A stretch of 64,000 bases of DNA, from NCBI GenBank assembly GCA_043824255.1, contig JBDRTG010000047.1, forward strand, positions 99,528 to 163,527, read 5' to 3'. A program made the translations under genes and the position numbers. Numbering within the stretch: the stretch's first letter is position 1; each line of letters begins with the position of its first letter. The DNA is from a bacterium. GTDB lineage: Bacteria > JAHJDO01. Of the stretch, positions 9,545 to 17,580 are shown piece after piece. Below the pieces are notes generated by a model. The model saw nothing but the letters and a program-made list of their open reading frames with translations. It had not been told where the DNA came from and searched no databases.

Positions 9545-10701
9545 TCATACCATTGAGTAACCGTAACAGTTCCAGGAAATCCCCCGGGATTTACATTCGC
9601 CAAGGCTTCATCATAATGAATGCCGCCGTTTCCACTATCTTGTACTGTATCCCCTACAAATGCGCCAAAAAGGTCTCCATTCCCTGAAACCTTCAACTCG
9701 GCTTTCGGGGCATATATTGCTCCTGCAAAGTCTCCATTACCTGTAAATTGCACACTTGTACAACTATCTGTTCCATAAAGCAGACAATCGGATGGGGTGC
9801 CAGGATTTGAGATACCATTCCCAGTTATATGACAAGTTCCTGAGACGTAAATAGTAACCTCGCCACTAATTATTAATGTTGCATTTCCTGTAATCTGTAT
9901 TGATGTAAACCAATATGTTCCGGATGTAAGGGTCTGTGTATTATTCCCTGATATTGACAAACCACCACTACTACTTACACCAGCTGGGACAGTGACTGAT
10001 GGCATTGGAAACAGAGTGGATGCAGCTGTTTTTTGCCCATTCAATACAGCGTTTCCAGAAGTGGTTATTGCAGTATTTACATCCCCACCCGGACCAATCT
10101 GAGCATTTCCATTAACTATAGCATTCCCACTTAAAGCGACGGCTCCGGATGATGTTGCATTAGTGCCCACAGAACCGTTGCTACCGGGTGACTGACTGGC
10201 ATACGTTCCATTGTCAGAGTTATAGCTATCGGACGCACCGTTACCTGAAAGAGTAACGCTCTTATCTCCAAATATTCCTTGTGTAAACGGCGAACCGCTT
10301 ACCTGAAGATTAGCATTTATTAACTTGGAAAACCTGTTTATGTCAGTTACATTGGGAGCTGTTCCTGTAGCTGTAACTGTAGGAGTACCTGTAGCTGAGT
10401 TGTTAACTGTGACCGTAACACTTCCCACTGCTCTGCCGCCTGCGTCTGATAGAGTAATGGTTTGGACAGGATCTCCGTTTGCATCAACTGCCCAGGTGGT
10501 AATATCGCCATATGCATATTCATAAATTGCTCTTTCTATGCCTGCTTCTGCAAGATTGACCGCAGCTGTATGCCGATATGACCTATTTGTCATTCTATTC
10601 TCAAAAACAATTCTCGAGAGATAGGTACCCGCTATGACAAATAAGGATGTAGAAACCAAAGCAGTTAGTACCAGAATGCTACCTTTTCTGTTCAGTTTCA
10701 A
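9541..10701 (-). CDS. PilX_N-like pilus-associated protein with an extensive G/S/N/T-rich repeat region, a putative adhesin
   Basis: The N-terminal helix is followed by LAEAGIERAIYEYAYG. Repeats include SGNGASDSYNSDNGTYAS and GNAIVNGNAQIGPGGDVNTAITTSGNAVLNG. Confidence 0.55.
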   Translation of the reverse strand: MKLNRKGSILVLTALVSTSLFVIAGTYLSRIVFENRMTNRSYRHTAAVNLAEAGIERAIYEYAYGDITTWAVDANGDPVQTITLSDAGGRAVGSVTVTVNNSATGTPTVTATGTAPNVTDINRFSKLINANLQVSGSPFTQGIFGDKSVTLSGNGASDSYNSDNGTYASQSPGSNGSVGTNATSSGAVALSGNAIVNGNAQIGPGGDVNTAITTSGNAVLNGQKTAASTLFPMPSVTVPAGVSSSGGLSISGNNTQTLTSGTYWFTSIQITGNATLIISGEVTIYVSGTCHITGNGISNPGTPSDCLLYGTDSCTSVQFTGNGDFAGAIYAPKAELKVSGNGDLFGAFVGDTVQDSGNGGIHYDEALANVNPGGFPGTVTVTQWYD

Positions 10702-10716
10702 ATAACATCACCTCCA

Positions 10717-11271
10717 TTATTTATTCCTTAATTTTACAGACGTATTTAAAGTTTTTGTATGTGTTTTATTCATAACAGTTGCTGTGCTTGTAATTGATAT
10801 TGTTATGCGACTAGCGCCAGCAAGAGTTGGAAGATAGCCAAATGCCAGGTTAGATATATTTGAACTTATATTCTTGGTTCCTGAGGTTCTTGTGCTTCCA
10901 ACTGCTGCCCAGGTTGTTTTCTCTAAGTTAGTGCCATTTAATGCATACCTAAAATAATCATTAGATCCGGTTATTGGATTTCCACTGGCATCGATTGAAG
11001 ATACCTCCAGGACCAACTGCTGGAGCGTACTTGCAGGTACACTTCCTATTGCAGTACTCACTACATCTCCTGCACGCCTTGTGTCCTGACTTATATTATC
11101 CAGAACTAATCTCACATTTTTTTGTGTATCAAGATAACGAGAGTCAAAAACAAACATTTGATTGCCTCTTATAAATAGAAATAAAACGGCACTCAATATC
11201 ACTATTCCGATTGAAGCAGCAATAATAACTTCCATTATCGTAAAACCGCCTGAAAGCCGCTTCTTTTTCAT
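10717..11271 (-). CDS. Minor pilin with a prepilin-type N-terminal cleavage/methylation domain (PilW-like)
   Basis: MKKKRLSGG|FTIMEVIIAASIG is a class III signal with Glu at +5. Confidence 0.7.
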   Translation of the reverse strand: MKKKRLSGGFTIMEVIIAASIGIVILSAVLFLFIRGNQMFVFDSRYLDTQKNVRLVLDNISQDTRRAGDVVSTAIGSVPASTLQQLVLEVSSIDASGNPITGSNDYFRYALNGTNLEKTTWAAVGSTRTSGTKNISSNISNLAFGYLPTLAGASRITISITSTATVMNKTHTKTLNTSVKLRNK

Positions 11272-11272
11272 T

Positions 11273-11713
11273 TTAGATGCCTCCGTTAGTTACAAGCGTA
11301 GTAATGCTTCTACTGAATGCTTGCCCCTGCGCCCCTATCCACTGAACTGTTATACTGACCTGTTTTATATTGCTGTCAATAAAATCAGAAATTGAAAGCA
11401 ATACTACTCCGCTACTAAGATTTGCAAGTCCCTGTGTAACATTTCCTGTGATAGTAGTAAAATCCTGATTGCTGAATGTTCCCCAACCAGTTATTGTTGC
11501 AAATGAACTGTCGCGTACTATTTCCATTGCGTCCTGCGCTATCTTTGTAGCGGTAGAGATTTCAGCTGTTCTTCTAATCGTTGCAGGTCCATTGGAAAAC
11601 GCAGTAAAAAGGCCAATTAAACCAACACTCAGAATCAAAATGGCTATCATGGTTTCTATTAACGTAAACCCACGATTTAATTTAACTATCCGTATGTCTT
11701 TGCGCTTTTTCAT
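11273..11713 (-). CDS. Minor pilin with a prepilin-type N-terminus (PilV-like)
   Basis: The N-terminus is LNRG|FTLIETMIAILILSVGLIG. Confidence 0.7.
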   Translation of the reverse strand: MKKRKDIRIVKLNRGFTLIETMIAILILSVGLIGLFTAFSNGPATIRRTAEISTATKIAQDAMEIVRDSSFATITGWGTFSNQDFTTITGNVTQGLANLSSGVVLLSISDFIDSNIKQVSITVQWIGAQGQAFSRSITTLVTNGGI

Positions 11714-11737
11714 TTGTCATCTCCAAAACTAGTCCTA

Positions 11738-12187
11738 TCATAGTGAGAATGGCTGTGCTGCAACAAAAGCTGCTCCATGTCCTCTGCCAGCTACTCCGTT
11801 CGGACACGTAATCCGGATTTTCCCAACTGGCGTTGAATCTGCCATATATCCAGCACCGGCTCCTATGGGACAGGTGGGGACGGTCTTTAGGTATCCTGTA
11901 GCAGCCACTAGTCCCCATGTTCCTGTTGCAGGAGCTGCGTTCCACACAATCGCCCCAGCTGCAAATCCAGCGCCGCCATTAGTCGCATCAAGATTTTCCT
12001 CTATACACACCTGTTCAAGCCCGGATGCAATCTGTTTCATGTTGTTTGTACATACAACATCTCTGGATCTCGTTCTATTCTTCAGGAAATTAGGTATAGC
12101 TATAGTTAATAAAAGCGCAATGATTGCAACAACAATCATAATTTCAACAAGTGTAAAACCTCTGCCCTTTCCCCAAACAACTACCAT
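11738..12187 (-). CDS. Type IV pilin (PilA/GspG-like), second tandem copy
   Basis: GRG|FTLVEIMIVVAIIALLLTIAIPNF. The C-terminus has Cys pairs (VPTCPIG...ITCPNG). Confidence 0.85.
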   Translation of the reverse strand: MVVVWGKGRGFTLVEIMIVVAIIALLLTIAIPNFLKNRTRSRDVVCTNNMKQIASGLEQVCIEENLDATNGGAGFAAGAIVWNAAPATGTWGLVAATGYLKTVPTCPIGAGAGYMADSTPVGKIRITCPNGVAGRGHGAAFVAAQPFSL

Positions 12188-12214
12188 CCAACACCCCTTT
12201 CGAAATATGACAGC

Positions 12215-12234
12215 GGCGGGAGAAAACTCCCGCC
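12215..12234 (-). terminator. GC-rich stem-loop between the two pilin genes, a possible partial terminator or attenuator
   Basis: ggcgggag-aaaa-ctcccgcc forms an 8-bp perfect stem. It is followed on the minus strand by only a weak U-tract (tgtcatatttcg). Confidence 0.4.
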
Positions 12235-12272
12235 ACTATTATATGTCCTTTCAGGCCTTTCAGCAAGTAGCT

Positions 12273-12710
12273 TTATTGCAGTGTATATGGATTATTAGTA
12301 GCCTGAAAATTTGGCCCATGGCTTGTCAGACTTGGACAAGTAATCTGAAATACCCCAACTGTTGATGAAGCCGCTGTATAAGCACCAGATGCTATAGGAC
12401 ATGTAGGAGCTGTCTTCAGGTATGCTGTACTGCCTACTATTCCCCATGTTCCTGTTGCAGGAGCTGCGTTCCATGTAATCGAAGCAATTCCAGCACCAGC
12501 ACCAGTAGCGTCAAGATCTTCCTCCATGCACACCTGTTCAAGGGCTGATGCAATCTGTTTCATGCCATTTACGCATACAGCATCTCTGGATCTACTTCTG
12601 GACTTGATGAAGTTAGGAATAGCTATCGCTGCTAAAAGCCCAATAATCGCTACAACAATCATAATCTCAACAAGCGTAAAACCTCTTTTACTGCGAAGTA
12701 ATCTAATCAT
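12273..12710 (-). CDS. pilA: Type IV pilin (PilA/GspG-like). It is promoter-proximal and the likely major pilin.
   Basis: KRG|FTLVEIMIVVAIIGLLAAIAIPNF. The C-terminus has Cys pairs. It lies directly downstream of a GG-N10-GC promoter and a GGAGG ribosome-binding site. Confidence 0.85.
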   Translation of the reverse strand: MIRLLRSKRGFTLVEIMIVVAIIGLLAAIAIPNFIKSRSRSRDAVCVNGMKQIASALEQVCMEEDLDATGAGAGIASITWNAAPATGTWGIVGSTAYLKTAPTCPIASGAYTAASSTVGVFQITCPSLTSHGPNFQATNNPYTLQ

Positions 12711-12758
12711 TCTCTTTCACCTCCTCTTCAATCAATTTTTTCTCTCGCCTTATATAAC

Positions 12759-12778
12759 AAGCATTTTTCGTGCCAAAG
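12759..12778 (-). promoter_or_regulatory. Sigma54 (RpoN)-type -24/-12 promoter upstream of the pilin operon
   Basis: The minus strand reads cTTTGGCACGaaaaATGCt, with TGGCAC followed by N10 and then GC. It lies about 45 bp upstream of the pilin ATG. Confidence 0.6.
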
Positions 12779-12931
12779 ATATCAGGGCACATCCCCCTGA
12801 ATCCCCCTTCGAAGGGGGACAGTTTCGCCGTAGGCGGAATTAGGAGGATGTTTTCCCCGCCCGAAAACGGGTTCAAAATATTGAATCCCTACAAAAAATT
12901 TTAGTTATCAGGCAAAATATTTTGACATATT

Positions 12932-12965
12932 TGTGAAATAAGCAAAAAAAATTGCCTATTTCACA
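12932..12965. promoter_or_regulatory. 9-bp perfect inverted repeat TGTGAAATA-N16-TATTTCACA in the divergent intergenic region. It is a candidate regulator or enhancer-binding site.
   Basis: The inverted repeat is seen directly in the sequence. It lies about 170 bp upstream of the sigma54-type promoter and about 50 bp upstream of the histidine kinase start. Confidence 0.4.
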
Positions 12966-13016
12966 ATAAAATATAAAGCTTCTTGCAAATTCCCTAAAAA
13001 AGTTCTAACATCATTC

Positions 13017-14621
13017 ATGCTGGAGAATCAAAAGGAAACAAAAATTACCATTTTGACAATTTTTGATGAAGAATGTGGAGCTCGGGAACTTCCTTTGGAG
13101 AAAAAGCTTATTACTATTGGAAGACTGGCAGATAATGATATTATAATTTCGGACAAGAGTATATCCGGAAAACATCTTAAACTCACTTTTTTGAATAATG
13201 ACTGGATATTGGAAGATATGCATTCTACGAATGGCAGCTTTGTAAATGGAGAACTTGTTGAAGAAAAGAAGCTGGACGACGGCGACGAGATAGTTATAGG
13301 CAAAACAAGAATTCTATTCGGGGAAACATCTTCTTTCCCGCATCCAGAAGAGAGCTCTTTTACTATTATAAAGGCTGTAACGCCTAGCGCTGTTATTCCC
13401 CCCTCTTATGAAACTGCAAGTAACGAGGAGTTAAAGAGAACTCATAAAATATTAGCTACCCTTTATAAGGCCAGCGAACTTCTTAGTTCTGCACTTAAAT
13501 TAGAAGACGTCCTGAATAAAATTCTGGATTTGATTTTTCAACACATTAGTGCTGACCGAGTTCTTATTATACTCAAAGATGAATTAACAGGTAAACTTGT
13601 TCCTAAAGCAGTGAAGAAAAGAGACGAAAAAGATAGGGCAGAATTAACCGTAAGCCACAGTATTATGAGTAAGGTTTTAGATGAAGGTAAATCGGTAATC
13701 TGTTCGGATGCTTTAGAAGACAAAAGATTTAAAGAACAAATGAGTATTATCCAGCATCAAATTCATTCAGCAATGTGTGTCCCTCTAAGAACAAAAGACA
13801 GAGCCTTGGGCGTAATTTATGCTGATACACTCATGATTAAAGGGGCTTTTAACACCGAAGATTTAAACTTGCTTACTGCATTAGGTAACGAAGCTGCGCT
13901 GGCTATAGATAATGTGCGTTTATATGAAAAAAATCTTAAGGCAGAGCGATTAGCTGGTATAGGACAGGCCATAACCGGCATGGCACACTATGTCAAGAAT
14001 ATTCTCGTGGGGATGGATGGTGGTGGCATCTTAGTAGATATGGGAATAAAACAAAAAAACAATACTTTAATGAATAAAGGGTGGAAGTTAGTTAAAGCCT
14101 CTACAAATAAAGTAAGAGACGTGGTGATGGACATGCTAACCTATTCTAAAGAAAGAAAGCCGCAGCTGCAGCCATGTAATCTAAATGATGTCGTAGATGA
14201 AGTTATAGAGCTAATGAGTAAAAAGGCTGAAGATGCGGGCATTAAACTGCATGCTCATCTTGAGGAAAATATTGGACAGTTCTTATTAGATCCTCAAGTC
14301 ATCCATCGTTCTCTGCTTAACTTGATAAATAATGCTTTTGATGCGATGGAGAAAGATGGGAAAATTACAATTGCTACAGAGTATATAGTTGAGGGGGATC
14401 AGCTTAAATTGTCTGTGTCTGATACAGGATCCGGAATACCTGAAGATGTATTAACAACTCTTTTTACACCTTTTTATTCAAGCAAGGGATTGAAGGGAAC
14501 AGGTCTCGGATTAGCAGTGACACATAAGATAATTAAAGAACATGGTGGAAGAATAGATGTGAATTCCGAGGTCAGCAAAGGGACTACCTTCAGTATATTT
14601 TTACCTGCAAGAAAAGAATAA
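13017..14621 (+). CDS. Cytoplasmic sensor histidine kinase with N-terminal FHA and GAF domains
   Basis: The FHA domain is ITIGRLADNDIIISDKSISGKHLKL...STNGSFVNGE. A GAF region follows. The HisKA segment is MAHYVKNIL, and the HATPase N, G1 and G2 boxes are LINNAFDAM, SDTGSGIP and GTGLGLAV. There is no TM segment. Confidence 0.8.
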   Translation: MLENQKETKITILTIFDEECGARELPLEKKLITIGRLADNDIIISDKSISGKHLKLTFLNNDWILEDMHSTNGSFVNGELVEEKKLDDGDEIVIGKTRILFGETSSFPHPEESSFTIIKAVTPSAVIPPSYETASNEELKRTHKILATLYKASELLSSALKLEDVLNKILDLIFQHISADRVLIILKDELTGKLVPKAVKKRDEKDRAELTVSHSIMSKVLDEGKSVICSDALEDKRFKEQMSIIQHQIHSAMCVPLRTKDRALGVIYADTLMIKGAFNTEDLNLLTALGNEAALAIDNVRLYEKNLKAERLAGIGQAITGMAHYVKNILVGMDGGGILVDMGIKQKNNTLMNKGWKLVKASTNKVRDVVMDMLTYSKERKPQLQPCNLNDVVDEVIELMSKKAEDAGIKLHAHLEENIGQFLLDPQVIHRSLLNLINNAFDAMEKDGKITIATEYIVEGDQLKLSVSDTGSGIPEDVLTTLFTPFYSSKGLKGTGLGLAVTHKIIKEHGGRIDVNSEVSKGTTFSIFLPARKE

Positions 14622-14637
14622 TTTTTACAGAATAGCT

Positions 14638-15024
14638 TTAATCCAAGAATTCTTTTAGAAGCTCTATAATTTTTGCAATACTTCCGGTTTGCTTACCAAA
14701 CTCTTTGTGAACATAATGTGCGCCTTCAAGAACTTTATTATCAAACTGTTCCTTTGTAAGACCAGTATGAAAAATTATTGGTATTTGTTCATATTGAGGA
14801 TTTTCCTTAAGATAGTCTCTTACAGTGCCACCATGCCCTACCATAACCATATCCAGTATGGCAGCATCAATATGTGGCTTCTTGGTGCTAAGCAGGTCTA
14901 TGGCATTTTTACCATTAGGAGCGTCAAACACCTCGTAACTACAGCCAGCTTCTAATATTGTCTTTAATGCCTCCCTCAGCTCATTATCATCCTCTACTAT
15001 CAAAACAGTTTTCTTGCCCATCAT
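14638..15024 (-). CDS. Single-domain response regulator (CheY-like receiver)
   Basis: LIVEDD, D in ILDMVM, T in HTG and K are present. It is 128 aa with no output domain. Confidence 0.8.
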   Translation of the reverse strand: MMGKKTVLIVEDDNELREALKTILEAGCSYEVFDAPNGKNAIDLLSTKKPHIDAAILDMVMVGHGGTVRDYLKENPQYEQIPIIFHTGLTKEQFDNKVLEGAHYVHKEFGKQTGSIAKIIELLKEFLD

Positions 15025-15102
15025 CTCCCTCCTATCGCTCTTATATCTCTTTCTCTTAATAAAATTCTACTACATTATCCTGAGAACTGTCAAATCCGTG
15101 TC

Positions 15103-17286
15103 CTAAGGTCTTCTGCGATAGTCCTCTCTGCGACGGGGCTGGTCACGTCTATCAGAAGGCCCCATACACATCTCTTTAGCCAGATGGGCGGCAAATTCCT
15201 GTGCTCCTAAACCCATCATTTTGCCAATTCTTTTCATATCGTTATAACGATTTTTCAGAAGATAATTCTCTAATAGTTTGCGATCGCCTTTCATAGCTAA
15301 CCCCATTAGCTTCATATCCGCTTCCATCAATTTTTCTATTTCGCCTTTAATTTTTCTTCCTGCCTTAAACATTGGTCCTTCTTCAATTACATCAGGACGC
15401 CTTCCGTCTCTACTTGGAGGAGGCCCAAACTCATCCATCATTATTCTAGCGCATATACCAGTAAACTCCCTTGCTTCTAAACCTACTATCTTACCGATTC
15501 TATTCATCTCTTCATAATGATTTTGCTGAAGATAATTTTCTAAAAGCATGTAGTCGCCCTTCATAGTCAGTCCCATTAACTTCATATCCTTCTCCATCAA
15601 TTTCTCCAGTTCCATCACAATCTTCTTCTCTGGGCCAGAAAGAGGGGTATCTTTAATCATGTCAGGTCGATATTCATCCCTACTTGGAGGAGGACCAAAC
15701 TCATTTATCATTATTCCGGCGCATATACCAGTAAACTCCCTCGCTTCTAAACCTACTATCTTGCCGATTCTATTCATCTCTTCATAGTGATTTTGCAGAA
15801 GATAATTTTCTAAAAGCAGGTGGTCACCAGTCATAGTCAGGCCCATCAACTTCATATCCTTCTCCATCAATTTCTCCAGTTCCGTTACAATCTTCTTCTC
15901 CGTACCGGTAAGAGGCTCCTCTCTTATTCCCCTTACCCCTTTCCCTGTCTTCTCAAACTCCTCAATCCTCTTGATAGCCTCCTTAGCCAGTTTTGCACAT
16001 TTAGTGTCAGGATACTTAATCACAATCTCCTGATAGCCTGATATGGCTTTTATTATTTCACCCTTGTTCTCCATGTCCTGCGCGCGATTAAATAAGGTTT
16101 CTATTTTCTCTTCATCGATTTTCTTTTTAACATATGTAATCTTTGCCCGGGCATTATCTGCGGCAAGAGTTACCGGATAGTTATCAATAATCTTCTGATA
16201 ATACATCATGGCCTGGCTGTATTGTTTCTCTTTAGCTGATTTATCCCCTTTAGAGAAGAGCTGCTCAATTTCGTCCTGTTCTTTGGCCTGATAGCTTGAG
16301 GCAGAAGAAGGAGAAATGGAAGGTTTCAATGTCCGTCTTGAAAACCTTTTGCCTAAGATAACACCAACCATAGCAATTATTATCACCGAAAATACAATGA
16401 TAAGTAATTTACGTCTTCCTTTTTTCTGAGGCGACACTTCAGAAGAAGTACTAATAGGGCTGGGATGAAAAGCGCCTGCTCGATATTTGTTTATATCTTC
16501 AAGTATTTCAGTTGCTGTTTGATATCTGTGGCTTAGATCCTTTATCAGGCATTTTCTAACAATGAATTCTACTTCCCACGGGAGGTCAGGATTTACCTCT
16601 GGTACAGGCCTAGCCTCTACATTTATATGCTGCTGCATAACTCCGTACGGGGTCTCCGCCTTAAAAGGAACCTCTCCTGTCAACATCTCATAAAAAACTA
16701 TACCAAGAGAGTAAATGTCTGAGCGGGAATCTGTTTTCTCTCCTTTAGCCTGCTCCGGAGACATATACTCCGGCGTACCCATAATGGTTCCTGTAAGTGT
16801 GATGCTCTCAGATTCCACAGCTTTAGCTATGCCAAAATCAGTTACTTTTACATGACCATTGTTATCTATCATTATATTTCCCGATTTTATATCGCGATGA
16901 ATTACCCCCTCTTTGTGAGCACATTCCAAAGCCTCAGCAACCTGAAAAGTGATGCTTAAAGCATCCTCACAGGAAAGTGCTCCCCGCTGTTTTATAATCT
17001 CGGTCAAAGTCTGTCCCTTGATAAGTTCCATGGCAAAGTAATACATTCCCTTGTGCTCACCAATGTCGTAGATTTGAACAATCCGGGCATGATTTAATTT
17101 TGCTACTGCTTTAGCCTCACGCTGGAACCTCTCCACAAGGTCTTTGTCTTTAGATAAATGAAATGGAAGAATTTTTATAGCTACATGCCTGTTGAGAGAC
17201 TCTTGATAGGCTTCATAGACGGTACCCATCCCTCCGCTTCCTAATTCTCTGATTATCTTGTATTGTCCGATTTTTTGCCCGATCAT
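15103..17286 (-). CDS. Hanks-type Ser/Thr protein kinase. A TM helix follows the kinase domain, and the extracytoplasmic part has TPR-like helices and three tandem 90-aa repeats.
   Basis: Kinase motifs are GSGGMGTVY, AIK, HRDIKSGNIM, DFGIAK and GTPEYMSPE. The TM segment is LLIIVFSVIIIAMVGVILG. The C-terminus carries three 90-aa repeats. Confidence 0.85.
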   Translation of the reverse strand: MIGQKIGQYKIIRELGSGGMGTVYEAYQESLNRHVAIKILPFHLSKDKDLVERFQREAKAVAKLNHARIVQIYDIGEHKGMYYFAMELIKGQTLTEIIKQRGALSCEDALSITFQVAEALECAHKEGVIHRDIKSGNIMIDNNGHVKVTDFGIAKAVESESITLTGTIMGTPEYMSPEQAKGEKTDSRSDIYSLGIVFYEMLTGEVPFKAETPYGVMQQHINVEARPVPEVNPDLPWEVEFIVRKCLIKDLSHRYQTATEILEDINKYRAGAFHPSPISTSSEVSPQKKGRRKLLIIVFSVIIIAMVGVILGKRFSRRTLKPSISPSSASSYQAKEQDEIEQLFSKGDKSAKEKQYSQAMMYYQKIIDNYPVTLAADNARAKITYVKKKIDEEKIETLFNRAQDMENKGEIIKAISGYQEIVIKYPDTKCAKLAKEAIKRIEEFEKTGKGVRGIREEPLTGTEKKIVTELEKLMEKDMKLMGLTMTGDHLLLENYLLQNHYEEMNRIGKIVGLEAREFTGICAGIMINEFGPPPSRDEYRPDMIKDTPLSGPEKKIVMELEKLMEKDMKLMGLTMKGDYMLLENYLQQNHYEEMNRIGKIVGLEAREFTGICARIMMDEFGPPPSRDGRRPDVIEEGPMFKAGRKIKGEIEKLMEADMKLMGLAMKGDRKLLENYLLKNRYNDMKRIGKMMGLGAQEFAAHLAKEMCMGPSDRRDQPRRREDYRRRP
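15110..15930. repeat. Three direct tandem repeats with a 270-bp period inside the Ser/Thr kinase gene. Copies 1 and 2 are nearly identical and copy 3 is diverged.
   Basis: Anchor strings recur exactly 270 bp apart. ttcatatcc occurs at 15311, 15581 and 15851. ctccagttcc occurs at 15604 and 15874. Confidence 0.85.
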
Positions 17287-17389
17287 ACTCCCAATCTCTC
17301 CGTCAAAAAGAATTCTTTACTTTTCAAGCTGTCTCACGTTTCAATTCCTAAGATATAATAGATTGTCTCTCACTAAAAATCAAGTAAGG

Positions 17390-17480
17390 CGGAGAGGGAG
17401 GGATTCGAACCCCCGGTCCCGAAAAATCAGGACAACAGATTTCGAGTCTGCCGCTTTCAACCGGACTCAGCCACCTCTCC
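17390..17480 (-). tRNA. tRNA-Ser (anticodon CGA) with a long variable arm
   Basis: The reverse complement is GGAGAGGTGGCTGAGTCCGGTTGAAAGCGGCAGACTCGAAATCTGTTG...GGGGTTCGAATCCCTCCCTCTCCG, which folds as a cloverleaf. Confidence 0.8.
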
Positions 17481-17580
17481 TCTTAAATTATGACACAACT
17501 TTGTTGAAAATAGCTATTAAAAAAATTTCTCGCATGGGATTTCTTGACTTAACTCACTATCTCATGTTAAGATTCGGCAC

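Noticed and set aside
12790-12880. The GC-rich hairpin cluster as a possible c-di-GMP riboswitch or small RNA
   Set aside because: The region lies upstream of the predicted sigma54-type transcription start, so it is not obviously transcribed. It does not match the conserved elements of the GEMM-I or GEMM-II consensus as I recall them. It is kept only as putative protein-binding palindromes.
12932-12965. TGTGA...TCACA half-sites that suggest a CRP/FNR-type site
   Set aside because: The spacing between the half-sites is 24 nt rather than 6. It is kept only as a generic inverted repeat.
15110-15930. A tandem repeat array that could be mistaken for a CRISPR or other non-coding array
   Set aside because: The period is 270 bp with no short spacer/repeat alternation. 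It is in-frame within the Ser/Thr kinase gene and encodes a repeated protein module.
17390-17480. tRNA-Ser as an integration site for a genomic island carrying the pilus or signalling genes
   Set aside because: There is no integrase, direct-repeat duplication of the tRNA 3' end or compositional shift visible on either side.
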